Numbered from the stretch's first letter, positions 49,145 through 59,623 are shown. The stretch: DNA of 64,000 bases from an uncultured bacterium (GCA_965541585.1 CBEUCH010000002.1:64001-128000), one strand, 5' to 3'. Notes: generated from the letters alone by a model not told the origin. Numbers and translations: made by a program.

Positions 49145-50476
49145 CTATTTCAACAGCACCAGTTTGACATTTTCCGGTGAGTATTCAGTCTCCAATCGAG
49201 CGAAATAGACTCCAGACGACACATCCATTGCATCCCAGATGATCGAATGAGATCCGGCGTTGAAGTTGTCCCGGACCACAGTCTCGATCTTCTGGCCGAG
49301 GGCGTTATAAATTGACAGCTGGACATGAGAGCTTTTCTCGATGGCAAAGACGAACTCCGTCTGCCGGTTGAACGGATTAGGATAACATTTCAAAGTTGAT
49401 GCTTTTATTGGAATTTGAGTATCATCCTCCAGTCCGACTATGACATCCCAATCGAGGAAGTAAGTGTCATTGTGAAACTGTGAAAAGTTATGTGTCCCCG
49501 CGAAAACAGTAGCCCTGTGTCCCGCGAATCCGCCGAAAATGGTAGTATGTCTTCCACGGTTAGACGGGATATTCCCTGCAGGAGTAATCGGGGAAAACGT
49601 CATAGTGGAAAGATCAAGTTCCCAGAGATCGTTAAGTCCGCTTCCGCCGTATGAATTGATACCTCCGAAGATCAATGCTCTGTCATTCTCTTCATCATAG
49701 ATCAGCGAGTTGTATGCTCTCGCGGCGGCATACGGCGCAGGTAATGAATAGGGCGTCCATATACTCGTATTGAAATCAAAAGTCCAGATGTCATCATAGA
49801 AATCGGTACAGGTGTTCCAGCCACCGTTAATCAAAAGCCTATCACCATTATCGATAATTGTGATTTGCGCGCCCTCTCTTAGCACCGGGGCGGTACTGGC
49901 GTAATCAACCTGCTGCCAGGTGCGGGAATCCAGATCGAAAATCCACATATCATTGAAGCGGATTTCGAAATCCCGGCCACCGAAGATTAACATCTGATGA
50001 TATCCCGGTCCATAGGCAGCGTAAAGACACATTCTCGGGGCCGGAGCCGGATAATCTGGAGGCACCTCTTCCCAGAGCAAGGTATTGAGATCAAGAATCC
50101 ATACTCTATTTGTAATATCCCAATCAAGCTCTGTGGCACCACAGAATAAAACCATGGCTGTATCGACCGGGTCATAAACTGCGGTATGGACTGAAAGAGC
50201 AATAGGGCCCTGATTGTTCGTATTTAGCTGGCTCCATGTCAAAGTACTGCCGTCAAGCGCCCACATGTCTCCTACCCTCTGACCACCGCTTATCGTACCA
50301 CCGAAAATAATCATTCTATTGTGTGCTTCATCGAAAACCGCTGTATGAGCATATCTTCCCGGTGGTAAGTTCCCGGATGCATCACAATACGTCCATGTCT
50401 CGTTCTCGGCGAGAATGACGTTAGCGAAAATCCCGACAATCAGCAGAACCATCATCAGTTGCCTTAGTCCTTTCAT
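49145..50476 (-). CDS. Secreted Kelch-repeat protein with a secretion-system C-terminal domain
   Basis: Repeats of P..R..H.A.YD....M.IFGG....ND.W; C-terminal YPNPFN. Confidence 0.88.
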   Translation of the reverse strand: MKGLRQLMMVLLIVGIFANVILAENETWTYCDASGNLPPGRYAHTAVFDEAHNRMIIFGGTISGGQRVGDMWALDGSTLTWSQLNTNNQGPIALSVHTAVYDPVDTAMVLFCGATELDWDITNRVWILDLNTLLWEEVPPDYPAPAPRMCLYAAYGPGYHQMLIFGGRDFEIRFNDMWIFDLDSRTWQQVDYASTAPVLREGAQITIIDNGDRLLINGGWNTCTDFYDDIWTFDFNTSIWTPYSLPAPYAAARAYNSLIYDEENDRALIFGGINSYGGSGLNDLWELDLSTMTFSPITPAGNIPSNRGRHTTIFGGFAGHRATVFAGTHNFSQFHNDTYFLDWDVIVGLEDDTQIPIKASTLKCYPNPFNRQTEFVFAIEKSSHVQLSIYNALGQKIETVVRDNFNAGSHSIIWDAMDVSSGVYFARLETEYSPENVKLVLLK

Positions 50477-50509
50477 TTTGTACCGCCTTTTAGGTTAGGG
50501 TTTAAATAA

Positions 50510-51958
50510 TCATTTTAATAATATTAATTTTATACTTTTTTCATCCAGGTCGTTAGTGATCCGCGCAAAATAGATCCCTGACGAGAAATTTCCGGCATTC
50601 CAGGTTATAGAATGGTGTCCTGAGGATTTGACTCCCTCAAACAGCATTGCGACTTTCCGCCCGAGCAGGTCGTAAACAGCCAACTCAAGCTCCGTTTCTT
50701 CGGGAAGAGTGAATTCGATTGAGGTTGAAGCATTAAATGGATTGGGATAATTCTGCAATAGCGCGAATCGATCCGGAGCCCGGGGCGGTTGATCTGAAAT
50801 ACCCACAGTGGTCGAATCTCCCCCGCCGTACGCCCCCATATCGCTTCTCTCACCACCCAATCCCCGGTTACAATCGATAATGCTGTCAAAGATTATGGGA
50901 TCTCCAGCGTCGATGCAGGGGGAATCTTGCGGGTCGCCGCATTGGGTAGACATGAGATGGAAATCGCCGTTTTCGGGACCACGGAACAGGGGATCGGTAT
51001 CTATATTCCCCTCGCCAGCCCGTCCTCCCTGAACGTCGCAGTAAGTAAAATAGGGTGATGATGAATCATCGAAATCAATCTCAGATTCATATGATGCGCT
51101 GTCTGCCCAAAATATGGTATTGGTTATTACAGGGTTGGAAACCAGCTCGCAATAAATACCCCCGCCGGAAACCCCCGCCGAATTCCCACTGAGAGCATTA
51201 TTGACTATAATCGGGCTTGATTCATAGCAATGGATCCCTCCACCCCAATGAAGGGCTGAATTCGCAATGATGACGTTATTAATCATCGTTGGCGACGAGG
51301 CGAAAAGAGAAAGCCCGCCGCCGAATCCCCATTCGCTAAGAGCATCATTCTCGGATATAAAGTTATTGCTGATCTTAGCATTGGAATTGTAACAATAGAT
51401 CCCGCCTCCAGTTCCCCATGTCCAGATCGGGTAGCCAACGGCAACGTTTCCGCTGATAGTGTTGTAGATGATAGTAGCGTCGGAGTGAAAGCAATAGATC
51501 CCCCCACCGGTGCCGTTCGTCATCTGGCTCCCGATCGCCGAATTTGCTCTGATATGATTGTTGGTAATTGTGGGATCGGAATATACGCAGGAAATTCCAC
51601 CACCAAGAGACGCTGAGAGGCCATTCTGTACCACGAAACCGGCAATGATAGCGGTGCTGCTCTCCCCGCTTTCAAAAGTGACAACCGAACCCGATGAGTC
51701 ACCATCGATGATCGTTTGCTCAATGTAAGTGGTATCCCCAGTAGTCAAAAACAGCGATCCCAGCACGATATTATGGCCGTTAAAATTGATATTCTCTACG
51801 TACGTCCCCGGCTGCACCAGCACGGTATCGCCGTCGGAGCTGGCGTCTATGCCTTCCTGGATGGTCGGATAATCATCCGGGATGTTGATGATAGTGGCAG
51901 CAGAACTCCCGTATACCGCGATCATCGCGATTATTATCAGGAATAATTTCCTTCCCAT
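50510..51958 (-). CDS. Secreted right-handed beta-helix protein with a secretion-system C-terminal domain
   Basis: IPDDYPTIQEGI start; GGGI.C...P.I.NN.I..N repeats; DPLF..GDFHL; QNYPNPFN. Confidence 0.88.
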   Translation of the reverse strand: MGRKLFLIIIAMIAVYGSSAATIINIPDDYPTIQEGIDASSDGDTVLVQPGTYVENINFNGHNIVLGSLFLTTGDTTYIEQTIIDGDSSGSVVTFESGESSTAIIAGFVVQNGLSASLGGGISCVYSDPTITNNHIRANSAIGSQMTNGTGGGIYCFHSDATIIYNTISGNVAVGYPIWTWGTGGGIYCYNSNAKISNNFISENDALSEWGFGGGLSLFASSPTMINNVIIANSALHWGGGIHCYESSPIIVNNALSGNSAGVSGGGIYCELVSNPVITNTIFWADSASYESEIDFDDSSSPYFTYCDVQGGRAGEGNIDTDPLFRGPENGDFHLMSTQCGDPQDSPCIDAGDPIIFDSIIDCNRGLGGERSDMGAYGGGDSTTVGISDQPPRAPDRFALLQNYPNPFNASTSIEFTLPEETELELAVYDLLGRKVAMLFEGVKSSGHHSITWNAGNFSSGIYFARITNDLDEKSIKLILLK

Positions 51959-51998
51959 AATTTGCCCTTAACTTTGACGGGTATTAAATTAACGCGTA

Positions 51999-53963
51999 TC
52001 ACCATGATCCCGGGCAATCCACACAGCCTTGCGGTGTGGCCGTTCCCCGATAAGCCCCTATCTCCGTCACCACATCGCCAAGCTCGAAGGCCACGCAGTT
52101 GCCATCTGTGTCACCTTCGGGGGCGAAATCGCTGCCGTGAGGCGGACAATCGCATGTATAATAAGGTATCACCATTCCTCTATACATGCCAATCATTGCA
52201 ATGAGATCATTCAGCTCCAGGGCGGTACCATTGTGATCGCAGTCACCCGGGATGTATTCACAGGGGGCTGGTTCAAAATAAAGCCCGCCGTAGCCCTGTT
52301 CCGGTATTATATACTCATCGTACGGAGGCCATCCCGCTAACCACTTGGTTTCCTCCCCGCTATGGGGATACCAACCCATCTGGAATGGATAATATATGTT
52401 ATCAATCGGGACATCAGTGTTACAGGTCATCAAAAAGGCACCATAATAATCCCATTCTCCCTGTGTATCGAGAGGATCGCCTGGCGGGGGACTAAAGACC
52501 TCCCATATGGCTCCTTGCATTTCACAGGTATGTCCTTCGGGGATTGGATAATCCCAGTTCGGGTCGTGATGAAATGGCCCGTCAAGCCAGACATCCTCCC
52601 AGTTCGGTTCGTCAAACCTGGGATCAAGCGCGACGCCGTTGCGCTCGGAAATGATGGCATCCTCGGACAGCAGGCCATGCTGTAAGGCGATGACGGGGGC
52701 GGAATTGGAAGGGTCTGTTCGGACCCACATCTCAATTTCGATATCCTCGCCGTTATGAACCGTCAAAACCCCGGCATCTTCACCCTCCAGCGGGCCGAAG
52801 ACGATCCTGTTGGATATGGGGGCGAAATGAAGCCCGCCGTAAGACTGCTCCGGATCAACGCTGCCGCCTCCATCGAATGACCATCGGAAACCGAATCCGT
52901 TATGGGGATACCAACCCGCTGAAAACGGATAATAAGTATTATCGATGGGGACATCAGTGTTACAAGTCATCAGAAAGGCGCCATAATAATCCCATTCCCC
53001 CTGGGTATCGAGAGGATCGCCAACGGGAGGATCTAAAACCACCCACAAAGCTCCCTGTATTTCGCAGGTATTTCCTACAGGGATCGGGTAATTGGAACCC
53101 GGGTTATGGACGTACGGCCCATCAACGAAGACGTGCTCCCAGTTCGGCATGTCATATTGCGGATCAATCTGCGCGCCGTTACGCTCAGCTATGATCTCAT
53201 CTTCTGACATTAAAGCGTGACCTACAGCAACAACGGGTGCAGGATTATCCGGGTCAGTCCGTATCCACATCTCAATTTCGATATCCTCGCCGTTATGAAC
53301 CGTCAAAACCCCGGCATCTTCACCCTCCAGCGGGCCGAAGACGATCCTGTTGGATATGGGGGCGAAATGAAGCCCGCCATAATCCTGTTCCGGCACGACG
53401 GCGCCGCCCGGCGGTGCCTCGAATGCCCAGCGAAAACCCTCCCCGCTATGAGGATACCAACCCGCCGAAAACGGATAATATGTATTATCGGTCGGGACAT
53501 TAGTATTACAGGTCATCAGAAAGGCACCATAATAATCCCATTCCCCCTGGGTATCGAGAGGATCGCCTACAGGAGGCTCAAACACTGCCAAAATAGCATA
53601 CTGTATTTCGCAGGTATTTCCTACAGGGATCGGGTAAGTTGAACCCGGGTCGTGGACGAACGGCCCATCAACTTCGACAAGCTCCCAGCTCGGCATGTCA
53701 TAATCCGGATCAAGCTGCGCGCCGTTACGCTCAGCTATGATCTCATCTTCCGACATTAAAGCGTGACTTACACCCATAATGGGGGCAGGATTGTCCGGAT
53801 CGCTTCGGACCCACATCTCAATTTCGATATCCTCGCCGTTCAGAACCGTCAAAATCCCGGCATCATCGCCCTCCAAAGGACCGAAGACAATCCTGTTCGA
53901 TTGAGCAGAGGCTATTGCGGCCGTAAAGGACACAATCATCGCTAAAAACAATACTCTTTTCAT
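51999..53963 (-). CDS. Secreted protein with three ~180-aa tandem (cohesin-like?) domains and a C-terminal Cys-rich dockerin-like domain
   Basis: Signal peptide; three repeats starting SNRIVFGPLEG; C-terminal GDCDHNG...NDL / GDTDGNC...GDV domain, homologous to the C-terminus of 11334-13454. Confidence 0.85.
   Translation of the reverse strand: MKRVLFLAMIVSFTAAIASAQSNRIVFGPLEGDDAGILTVLNGEDIEIEMWVRSDPDNPAPIMGVSHALMSEDEIIAERNGAQLDPDYDMPSWELVEVDGPFVHDPGSTYPIPVGNTCEIQYAILAVFEPPVGDPLDTQGEWDYYGAFLMTCNTNVPTDNTYYPFSAGWYPHSGEGFRWAFEAPPGGAVVPEQDYGGLHFAPISNRIVFGPLEGEDAGVLTVHNGEDIEIEMWIRTDPDNPAPVVAVGHALMSEDEIIAERNGAQIDPQYDMPNWEHVFVDGPYVHNPGSNYPIPVGNTCEIQGALWVVLDPPVGDPLDTQGEWDYYGAFLMTCNTDVPIDNTYYPFSAGWYPHNGFGFRWSFDGGGSVDPEQSYGGLHFAPISNRIVFGPLEGEDAGVLTVHNGEDIEIEMWVRTDPSNSAPVIALQHGLLSEDAIISERNGVALDPRFDEPNWEDVWLDGPFHHDPNWDYPIPEGHTCEMQGAIWEVFSPPPGDPLDTQGEWDYYGAFLMTCNTDVPIDNIYYPFQMGWYPHSGEETKWLAGWPPYDEYIIPEQGYGGLYFEPAPCEYIPGDCDHNGTALELNDLIAMIGMYRGMVIPYYTCDCPPHGSDFAPEGDTDGNCVAFELGDVVTEIGAYRGTATPQGCVDCPGSW
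52270..53900. repeat. Intragenic tandem repeat, three copies with a period of about 540 bp
   Basis: Visible DNA similarity at a 540-bp offset; 114 bp identical between 52725-52838 and 53265-53378. Confidence 0.9.
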
Positions 53964-53981
53964 CGCTTCCTCCTTACCGAT

Positions 53982-55451
53982 CTATTTCAACAACACCATT
54001 TTCCTCGTCTCTGCATACTCCCCCGCCTGAATCCTGTAGAAGTAAATGCCGGAGGATCTACTGTCGGCGTTCCATACCGCCTGATGATGGCCGGCTGGCT
54101 GTTTATGATGCAAAATCGTCTCAATCTTCCTGCCGAGGATATCATAGATTTCGATTGTAACGTCGGATTCCGAAGGCAGATCATATCGTATTATTGTTCT
54201 CGCGTTAAATGGGTTGGGATAATTCTGCAATAGGGCGAACCGATCCGGAACCCAGGGCTGTTGATCGATAATGCCTACGGTGGCCGAATCACCAGCGCCG
54301 TAAGCGCCCATGTCACTCAGTATCGTTCCCAGGCCCCAGGAACAATCTAGCAGGCTATCTATTATGGCAGGACTGCCGGCGTCGATGCAGGGAGAATCAT
54401 TGGGGTCGCCACAGGCGGTAGACATAAGATGGAAATCGCCGTTCTCGGGATCTCTGAATAACGGATCAATATCGATGTTGCCTTGGCCTTCCCAGCCGCC
54501 CGGAATGTTGGAGTAGGTAATGCGTGTCGAGCTGTTGGGTATATGAATTTCATTACTTAGACTTGACGCACTATCTGCCCAAAATATGGTGTTTATAATA
54601 ATAAGATCGCAGCTAGTATAGGAAAAAATCCCGCCACCGCGATCGGCAGAATTTCCGGTTATCGTATTATTGCTAATTAGAGAAATGGAGTTATGAAAAG
54701 TAATCCCGCCACCATAATAACTAACAGAATTTCCTTCTATAATATTATTTCTAATCGCCGGGTCGGAATTATTCCAGCAAAATATACCACCGCCACAACA
54801 AGCAGAATTTTCAACTATTGTATTATTACTAATGATAGGATTTGAATTATCGCACCAAATGCCGCCGCCCTCAGCCGAAGTAGAATTTCCGCTTATTCTG
54901 TTGTTGTCAATAGTAAGATTAGAATTACCACAATGAATTCCACCCCCTTGAAAGGCCCGATTCCCGCTTATCATGTTATTGTAGACCAGGGGATTAGATT
55001 GAATACAATAGATTCCGCCTCCACTAGTAGCAGAATTTCCGTATATCACGTTATAGTTAATAGAAGGATTAGAATAATCTCCACAATAAATCCCTCCGCC
55101 GTTAAAACTATACCCATTTTGAATCGTGAATCCCGTAATAACAGCAAGACTATCTTCTCCATTCTCAAAGATCACTACAGTCTCTGATGAATCCCCATCA
55201 ATGATCGTATGCCCTATATACGTGGTATCTCCCGTCGTCAAAAAAAGCGACCCCAGCACAATATTATGGCCGTTGAAATTGACATTCTCAACATATGTGC
55301 CCGGCTGCACCAGCACGGTGTCGTCGTCGGTGGAGGCGTCAATGCCTTCCTGGATGGTGTCATAATCATCGGGGATGTTGATGATGGTGGCGGAAGCGTA
55401 TAGATAGATTAGAAAAATCCAAAAAATAGTCAATCTGGAATATCGTCTCAT
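53982..55451 (-). CDS. Secreted right-handed beta-helix protein, paralog of 50510-51958
   Basis: Same N-terminal block, GGGI.C repeats, Cys-rich linker and QNYPNPFN domain. Confidence 0.88.
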   Translation of the reverse strand: MRRYSRLTIFWIFLIYLYASATIINIPDDYDTIQEGIDASTDDDTVLVQPGTYVENVNFNGHNIVLGSLFLTTGDTTYIGHTIIDGDSSETVVIFENGEDSLAVITGFTIQNGYSFNGGGIYCGDYSNPSINYNVIYGNSATSGGGIYCIQSNPLVYNNMISGNRAFQGGGIHCGNSNLTIDNNRISGNSTSAEGGGIWCDNSNPIISNNTIVENSACCGGGIFCWNNSDPAIRNNIIEGNSVSYYGGGITFHNSISLISNNTITGNSADRGGGIFSYTSCDLIIINTIFWADSASSLSNEIHIPNSSTRITYSNIPGGWEGQGNIDIDPLFRDPENGDFHLMSTACGDPNDSPCIDAGSPAIIDSLLDCSWGLGTILSDMGAYGAGDSATVGIIDQQPWVPDRFALLQNYPNPFNARTIIRYDLPSESDVTIEIYDILGRKIETILHHKQPAGHHQAVWNADSRSSGIYFYRIQAGEYAETRKMVLLK

Positions 55452-55759
55452 TTTGCTCCCCTCGGCTATATCCGTTGAAACGACCCGTCCTTAAATCCGC
55501 CCAAGTACGCTCATATAAATATAGCAGCCTATCCACAATAGTAAAGAGAAAAATGGAGGGATTGGGTAAGGCCATCGGGTCCTGCAGATCCGTTGGGCTC
55601 GTAGAGCCGCACTACGTCTCAGAATGCCCCGTAAGACAAATATGCCCGCATCCTAATTTTTGCTTGACCAGATATTAATAGAGTCTATATTAGGCAACTA
55701 ATTATGAGCGTATGTGCCGGTTTGTGAAATAAGGCACATGTAGATAAAAGGAGAAGAGA

Positions 55760-56221
55760 TTGGAAAATGAAAAAATGCCCCGTCGCGATGCTCTGAACTA
55801 CCTTCTGGGAGCGGGTATCGGCGCCTTGGGGGTTGCCACTCTATATCCGATGGTGCGGTATATGATTCCGCCACCGGCGTCGGGGGCCGGTGCCTCATCG
55901 GTCTCGGCGGCCAAGGTCGGTGAGCTAAAACCGAATGAGGGCAAGATATTCAAATTCGGTAATTCGCCAGGAATCATCATATTGAAGCCGGGCGGTGATC
56001 CGGCAAGCGCCTTGAGTTATGTCGCTTTCACGGCGGTCTGCACTCATCTCAATTGCACCGTTCAATACCGCGATGATCTCAAGGAAATATGGTGCGCCTG
56101 CCATAACGCGCACTTCGACCTCAACGGCCAGGTCATCTCCGGGCCGCCACCGAGTCCGCTAAAAGAATACCGCGTGGCAATCAAAGGCAACGAGATATTC
56201 GTTTCCAGCGAGGAAGTTTAG
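55760..56221 (+). CDS. Rieske 2Fe-2S subunit of a cytochrome bc-type complex
   Basis: Tat-like PRRDAL plus TM helix; CTHLNC and CACHNAHF boxes; GPPP. Confidence 0.92.
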   Translation: MENEKMPRRDALNYLLGAGIGALGVATLYPMVRYMIPPPASGAGASSVSAAKVGELKPNEGKIFKFGNSPGIIILKPGGDPASALSYVAFTAVCTHLNCTVQYRDDLKEIWCACHNAHFDLNGQVISGPPPSPLKEYRVAIKGNEIFVSSEEV

Positions 56222-56223
56222 CA

Positions 56224-57294
56224 ATGGCAGTCATGAGAAGGCTATATCGATGGTGGAACGAGCGGGTCGATCTCGAGAATATCAAGGACTTTCTAAGTCA
56301 CAAAACTGTTCCCCATCATCGTTATTCGATCTGGTACTACGTCGGCGGCATGTGCCTGTATCTGTTTATCGTACAGGTGATCACCGGCATTCTGCTTCTT
56401 CTCTATTACAAGCCTACCGCCGAGGCCGCCTACGAATCGGTTCAGTACATAATGACCGACGTACCCTTCGGATGGCTGGTCAGATCGATTCACTCTTACG
56501 CCGGCAATATTTTCATAGGGCTCATATTCGTGCATATGTTTTCGGTTTTCCTTCTGAAAGCCTATCGCAGACCCAGGGAATTGACATGGATCACCGGGGT
56601 ATTGCTCTTGTTTCTGGCCATGGGATTTGGGTTTTCCGGCTACCTGTTACCCTGGAATCAGCTCGCCTATATTGCCACCAATGTGGGAACGAATTTCGCG
56701 GTTATGGTTCCGGTCATAGGCGATTGGCTTCTGGAGTTTCTTAGAGGTGGAACGGAGGTTACCGGCGCCACGCTGACTCGCTTCTTCGGGTTCCACGTGG
56801 CGGTGTTTCCGGGGCTCTTCACGGCCATCCTCGGCCTGCATCTGCTCTTCGTGCAGAGACTGGGTATGAGCGTGCCGCTCTCTATAGAGAAAGAAATCGC
56901 GTCCGGAAAGGCAAAAAGGCTGGAGATGCCCTTCTTGCCGAATTTCATATATCGCGATATCCTCGGGTGGACCCTGGCGCTGGGGCTGATTGTTCTTTTA
57001 TCGTCGCTTTTCCCCTGGGAACTGGGTGAGAAAGCCGATATTCTAAAACCCGCACCGCCCCATATACGTCCGGAATGGTTTTTCGTTTTTATGTATCAAT
57101 CACTTAAATATGTCCCGAAGACCTTGGGCGTTTTCGGTTTTGCCATAGGGGGACTCGTCTGGGTACTGCTGCCGTTTTTCGACCGCAAATCGAATCGAGG
57201 CGAACCAAACATGCTTTACACCATCATCGGGGTATTTGTGGTAATCTATATGGTGGCTCTTACGATGGTTGGCTATTTGGCTCCGGGGGAATAG
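56224..57294 (+). CDS. Cytochrome b subunit (b6-like N-terminal part fused with a subunit IV-like part)
   Basis: GWLVRSIH, HM, WITG, GYLLPW, TRFFGFH and LHL heme-ligand motifs; Qo-site motif PEWF. Confidence 0.93.
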   Translation: MAVMRRLYRWWNERVDLENIKDFLSHKTVPHHRYSIWYYVGGMCLYLFIVQVITGILLLLYYKPTAEAAYESVQYIMTDVPFGWLVRSIHSYAGNIFIGLIFVHMFSVFLLKAYRRPRELTWITGVLLLFLAMGFGFSGYLLPWNQLAYIATNVGTNFAVMVPVIGDWLLEFLRGGTEVTGATLTRFFGFHVAVFPGLFTAILGLHLLFVQRLGMSVPLSIEKEIASGKAKRLEMPFLPNFIYRDILGWTLALGLIVLLSSLFPWELGEKADILKPAPPHIRPEWFFVFMYQSLKYVPKTLGVFGFAIGGLVWVLLPFFDRKSNRGEPNMLYTIIGVFVVIYMVALTMVGYLAPGE

Positions 57295-57295
57295 G

Positions 57296-58588
57296 ATGAG
57301 ATACTGGATAGAAGCTTTTCTGATTGTAACATTATTCACCATCGGGGCAGCCGGCGGGAGAGCCTCGAGCTGTATCGACTGCCATATATCGAGCGACTGG
57401 GTATCCGATACCACCGTCACCGCCGACTTTCTTTCAGGCGATATCCATCGCAATATGGGACTTGGCTGTGAGGATTGTCACGGCGGAGACCCGAGACGCG
57501 GTTTCGATGAAGGCGATCCTGATCTGGCCATGGATCCCGCCAGGGGATACAAGGCGTTGCCGGGTCGGCTGGAAATCCCCGATTTCTGCGCCCGGTGCCA
57601 TTCGGATATCGAGTATATGAAGATGTACAATCCCAGATTGCCGACAGATCAGTTGAAGCTCTACAAGACATCGGTACACGGAAAACAGCTTTACAGCACG
57701 AAGGATACCAACGTAGCGGTCTGCACGGATTGTCACGGGATCCATAGAATTCTGCCGTCCACCGACTCGCGGAGTATGGCCTATCACAATAATGTCCCTG
57801 AAACCTGTCGAAAGTGTCATGGCAGTCCTCTGCTCATGAAGAAATACAAATATCGAGGCAAGCCTATCCCCACCGATCAATATGAGGAATACGCCAGGTC
57901 GGTGCATGGCATTCTGGTGCTCGAGCAAGGGGATAATTCCGCCCCGTCCTGCAATAATTGCCATGGCAATCACGGCGCAACGCCGCCGAACCTGGCATCG
58001 GTCTCTGCCGCCTGCGGGGAATGCCACGCCTACAACCGTGATTTTTTCAATAATTCTCCGCATAAAGAGCCATGGGATGATCTCGACTATCCCGAATGCG
58101 AACAATGCCACGGTAACCATTATATCGAGTCGGCCGCCGACGAGATGATAGGGGTAACGGGGAATGCCCTCTGTCTGGATTGCCATGACGAGGGTAGCGA
58201 GGGCTATGTGGCCGCGGGTCGAATGAGAGCATCAATCGATTCTTTGAAGACCGCCCTTACAAAGGCAGAGGAAAAGGTTAAGGAGGCTGAGGAGAAAGGT
58301 GTCGAGGGAGGAAAGGCGCGGTTCGATCTGGGTTCAGCGAAGGATAACCTGACCCGGGTCCGCTCCATAGTGCATACTCTCGATAGTGAGCAGGTTGAAG
58401 AGATAGCATCATCCGGCATCAGGGCCGCGCATGATGTTAGCCAGACCGCGGAGGCGGCACTGGGCGATATTAAGTCCCGGCAGATAGGGCTGGCCGTTTC
58501 CCTCCTGGTGGTGATATATGTAGCCTTCGTCCTCTGGGGCAAGATCAAGCAAGTAGATAGCGAAACCGATTTTGAAGTAAAAAATTGA
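57296..58588 (+). CDS. Membrane-anchored nonaheme cytochrome c
   Basis: Nine CxxCH motifs (CIDCH, CEDCH, CARCH, CTDCH, CRKCH, CNNCH, CGECH, CEQCH, CLDCH); signal peptide, coiled coil and C-terminal TM helix. Confidence 0.92.
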   Translation: MRYWIEAFLIVTLFTIGAAGGRASSCIDCHISSDWVSDTTVTADFLSGDIHRNMGLGCEDCHGGDPRRGFDEGDPDLAMDPARGYKALPGRLEIPDFCARCHSDIEYMKMYNPRLPTDQLKLYKTSVHGKQLYSTKDTNVAVCTDCHGIHRILPSTDSRSMAYHNNVPETCRKCHGSPLLMKKYKYRGKPIPTDQYEEYARSVHGILVLEQGDNSAPSCNNCHGNHGATPPNLASVSAACGECHAYNRDFFNNSPHKEPWDDLDYPECEQCHGNHYIESAADEMIGVTGNALCLDCHDEGSEGYVAAGRMRASIDSLKTALTKAEEKVKEAEEKGVEGGKARFDLGSAKDNLTRVRSIVHTLDSEQVEEIASSGIRAAHDVSQTAEAALGDIKSRQIGLAVSLLVVIYVAFVLWGKIKQVDSETDFEVKN

Positions 58589-58635
58589 ACGTCCGGTTCG
58601 GAAGCAGCTTCCTACGCCAGCGAAGATAAGAAATG

Positions 58636-58670
58636 AAAAAGCCGGGATTTAACTTCCCGGCTTCTTTTTT
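58636..58670. terminator. Bidirectional intrinsic terminator
   Basis: AAAAAGCCGGGA-tttaact-TCCCGGCTTCTTTTTT between convergent genes. Confidence 0.8.
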
Positions 58671-58692
58671 GATGGAATGTTCGGGTATTGGC

Positions 58693-59247
58693 TTAAGTGA
58701 ATACTGATTTTAATCCTTCGAGTATAATTTTTGTGGTCGAATTTTTTTCATCTGGTTTTCTGAAGGTCGTGCTTGATACATTGCCTTTTTTTATAATGGG
58801 TAAATGTGCAATATATGTAACCTGTCCGATATGATGAGTCTCGTGCATATAGCTGTACGCAAGATTCTGGCCTACGGTCTTGAATTGTCCTCTGCTGGCC
58901 ATATCGAGGAGGCCCGGATCGCATTTTGACAGCAGATCGTCCGTGAGAGATGACATCTTAATGAGTCGTGCTATCAAATTCGATGGCTCCGGGTAGAATG
59001 AGGGGTCATTCGCCGGAATGGTGCCGCGAGCGAATCGATCGCCCAGATTGCCCAACCGCGGATCACCTCCGAGAATTTCGATGATCTCACCGCGGTTCAA
59101 TACTATGTGCCCCAAAAGCCAGATCAACGGGTTGCCCCGGTCTTCGGGTCGCACGTAAAAACTCTCCTTCGCCACCCCCTTGAGGATACTGGTCAGGTAA
59201 GCCACATTATATTTCATTAGCTCCACGAATATTGTAGTTGTTTTCAT
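58693..59247 (-). CDS. DinB family protein
   Basis: NPLIWLLGHI and HETHHIGQV motifs. Confidence 0.85.
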   Translation of the reverse strand: MKTTTIFVELMKYNVAYLTSILKGVAKESFYVRPEDRGNPLIWLLGHIVLNRGEIIEILGGDPRLGNLGDRFARGTIPANDPSFYPEPSNLIARLIKMSSLTDDLLSKCDPGLLDMASRGQFKTVGQNLAYSYMHETHHIGQVTYIAHLPIIKKGNVSSTTFRKPDEKNSTTKIILEGLKSVFT

Positions 59248-59623
59248 GCTCTTCTCCTGTAATACTTTCCTGTACTGTTGGCTTTATGTAAAGAAAATCA
59301 TGCCATCCTACGCAAAAAATCCGAATTTATATTACCCATTACGTTCCAATGGGTTAGCTCCATGACTGTTTCGGGCCAGGCGGCTCTTTCGGCTCAAAAA
59401 CTGATCAATGAATAAAACTTAGAGCAATTTTTGCTGAATCCCTATCAGGAGAAGATAGATATATTTTGTGATGAATTTCAAAAAAACGCTTGCTTGGTCG
59501 CCAGGATGAGCATGGATTTCTTTATTATGGCGTTGGAGTCGATTCGTGATGTCGGTCCTACGGATCCGTAGGAAAGTTACTTCCGACACTATTTGTGTCG
59601 ATATACATATGGGAGGACCGCAA

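Noticed and set aside
52270..53900. Near-identical repeats as a diversity-generating retroelement TR/VR pair
   Set aside because: The repeats are in-frame protein domains, mismatches are not restricted to adenines, and no reverse transcriptase is encoded in the window.
59290..59310. Sigma54 promoter upstream of the DinB gene (minus strand TGGCATG)
   Set aside because: A -24-like element is present, but the -12 GC is missing at the required spacing.
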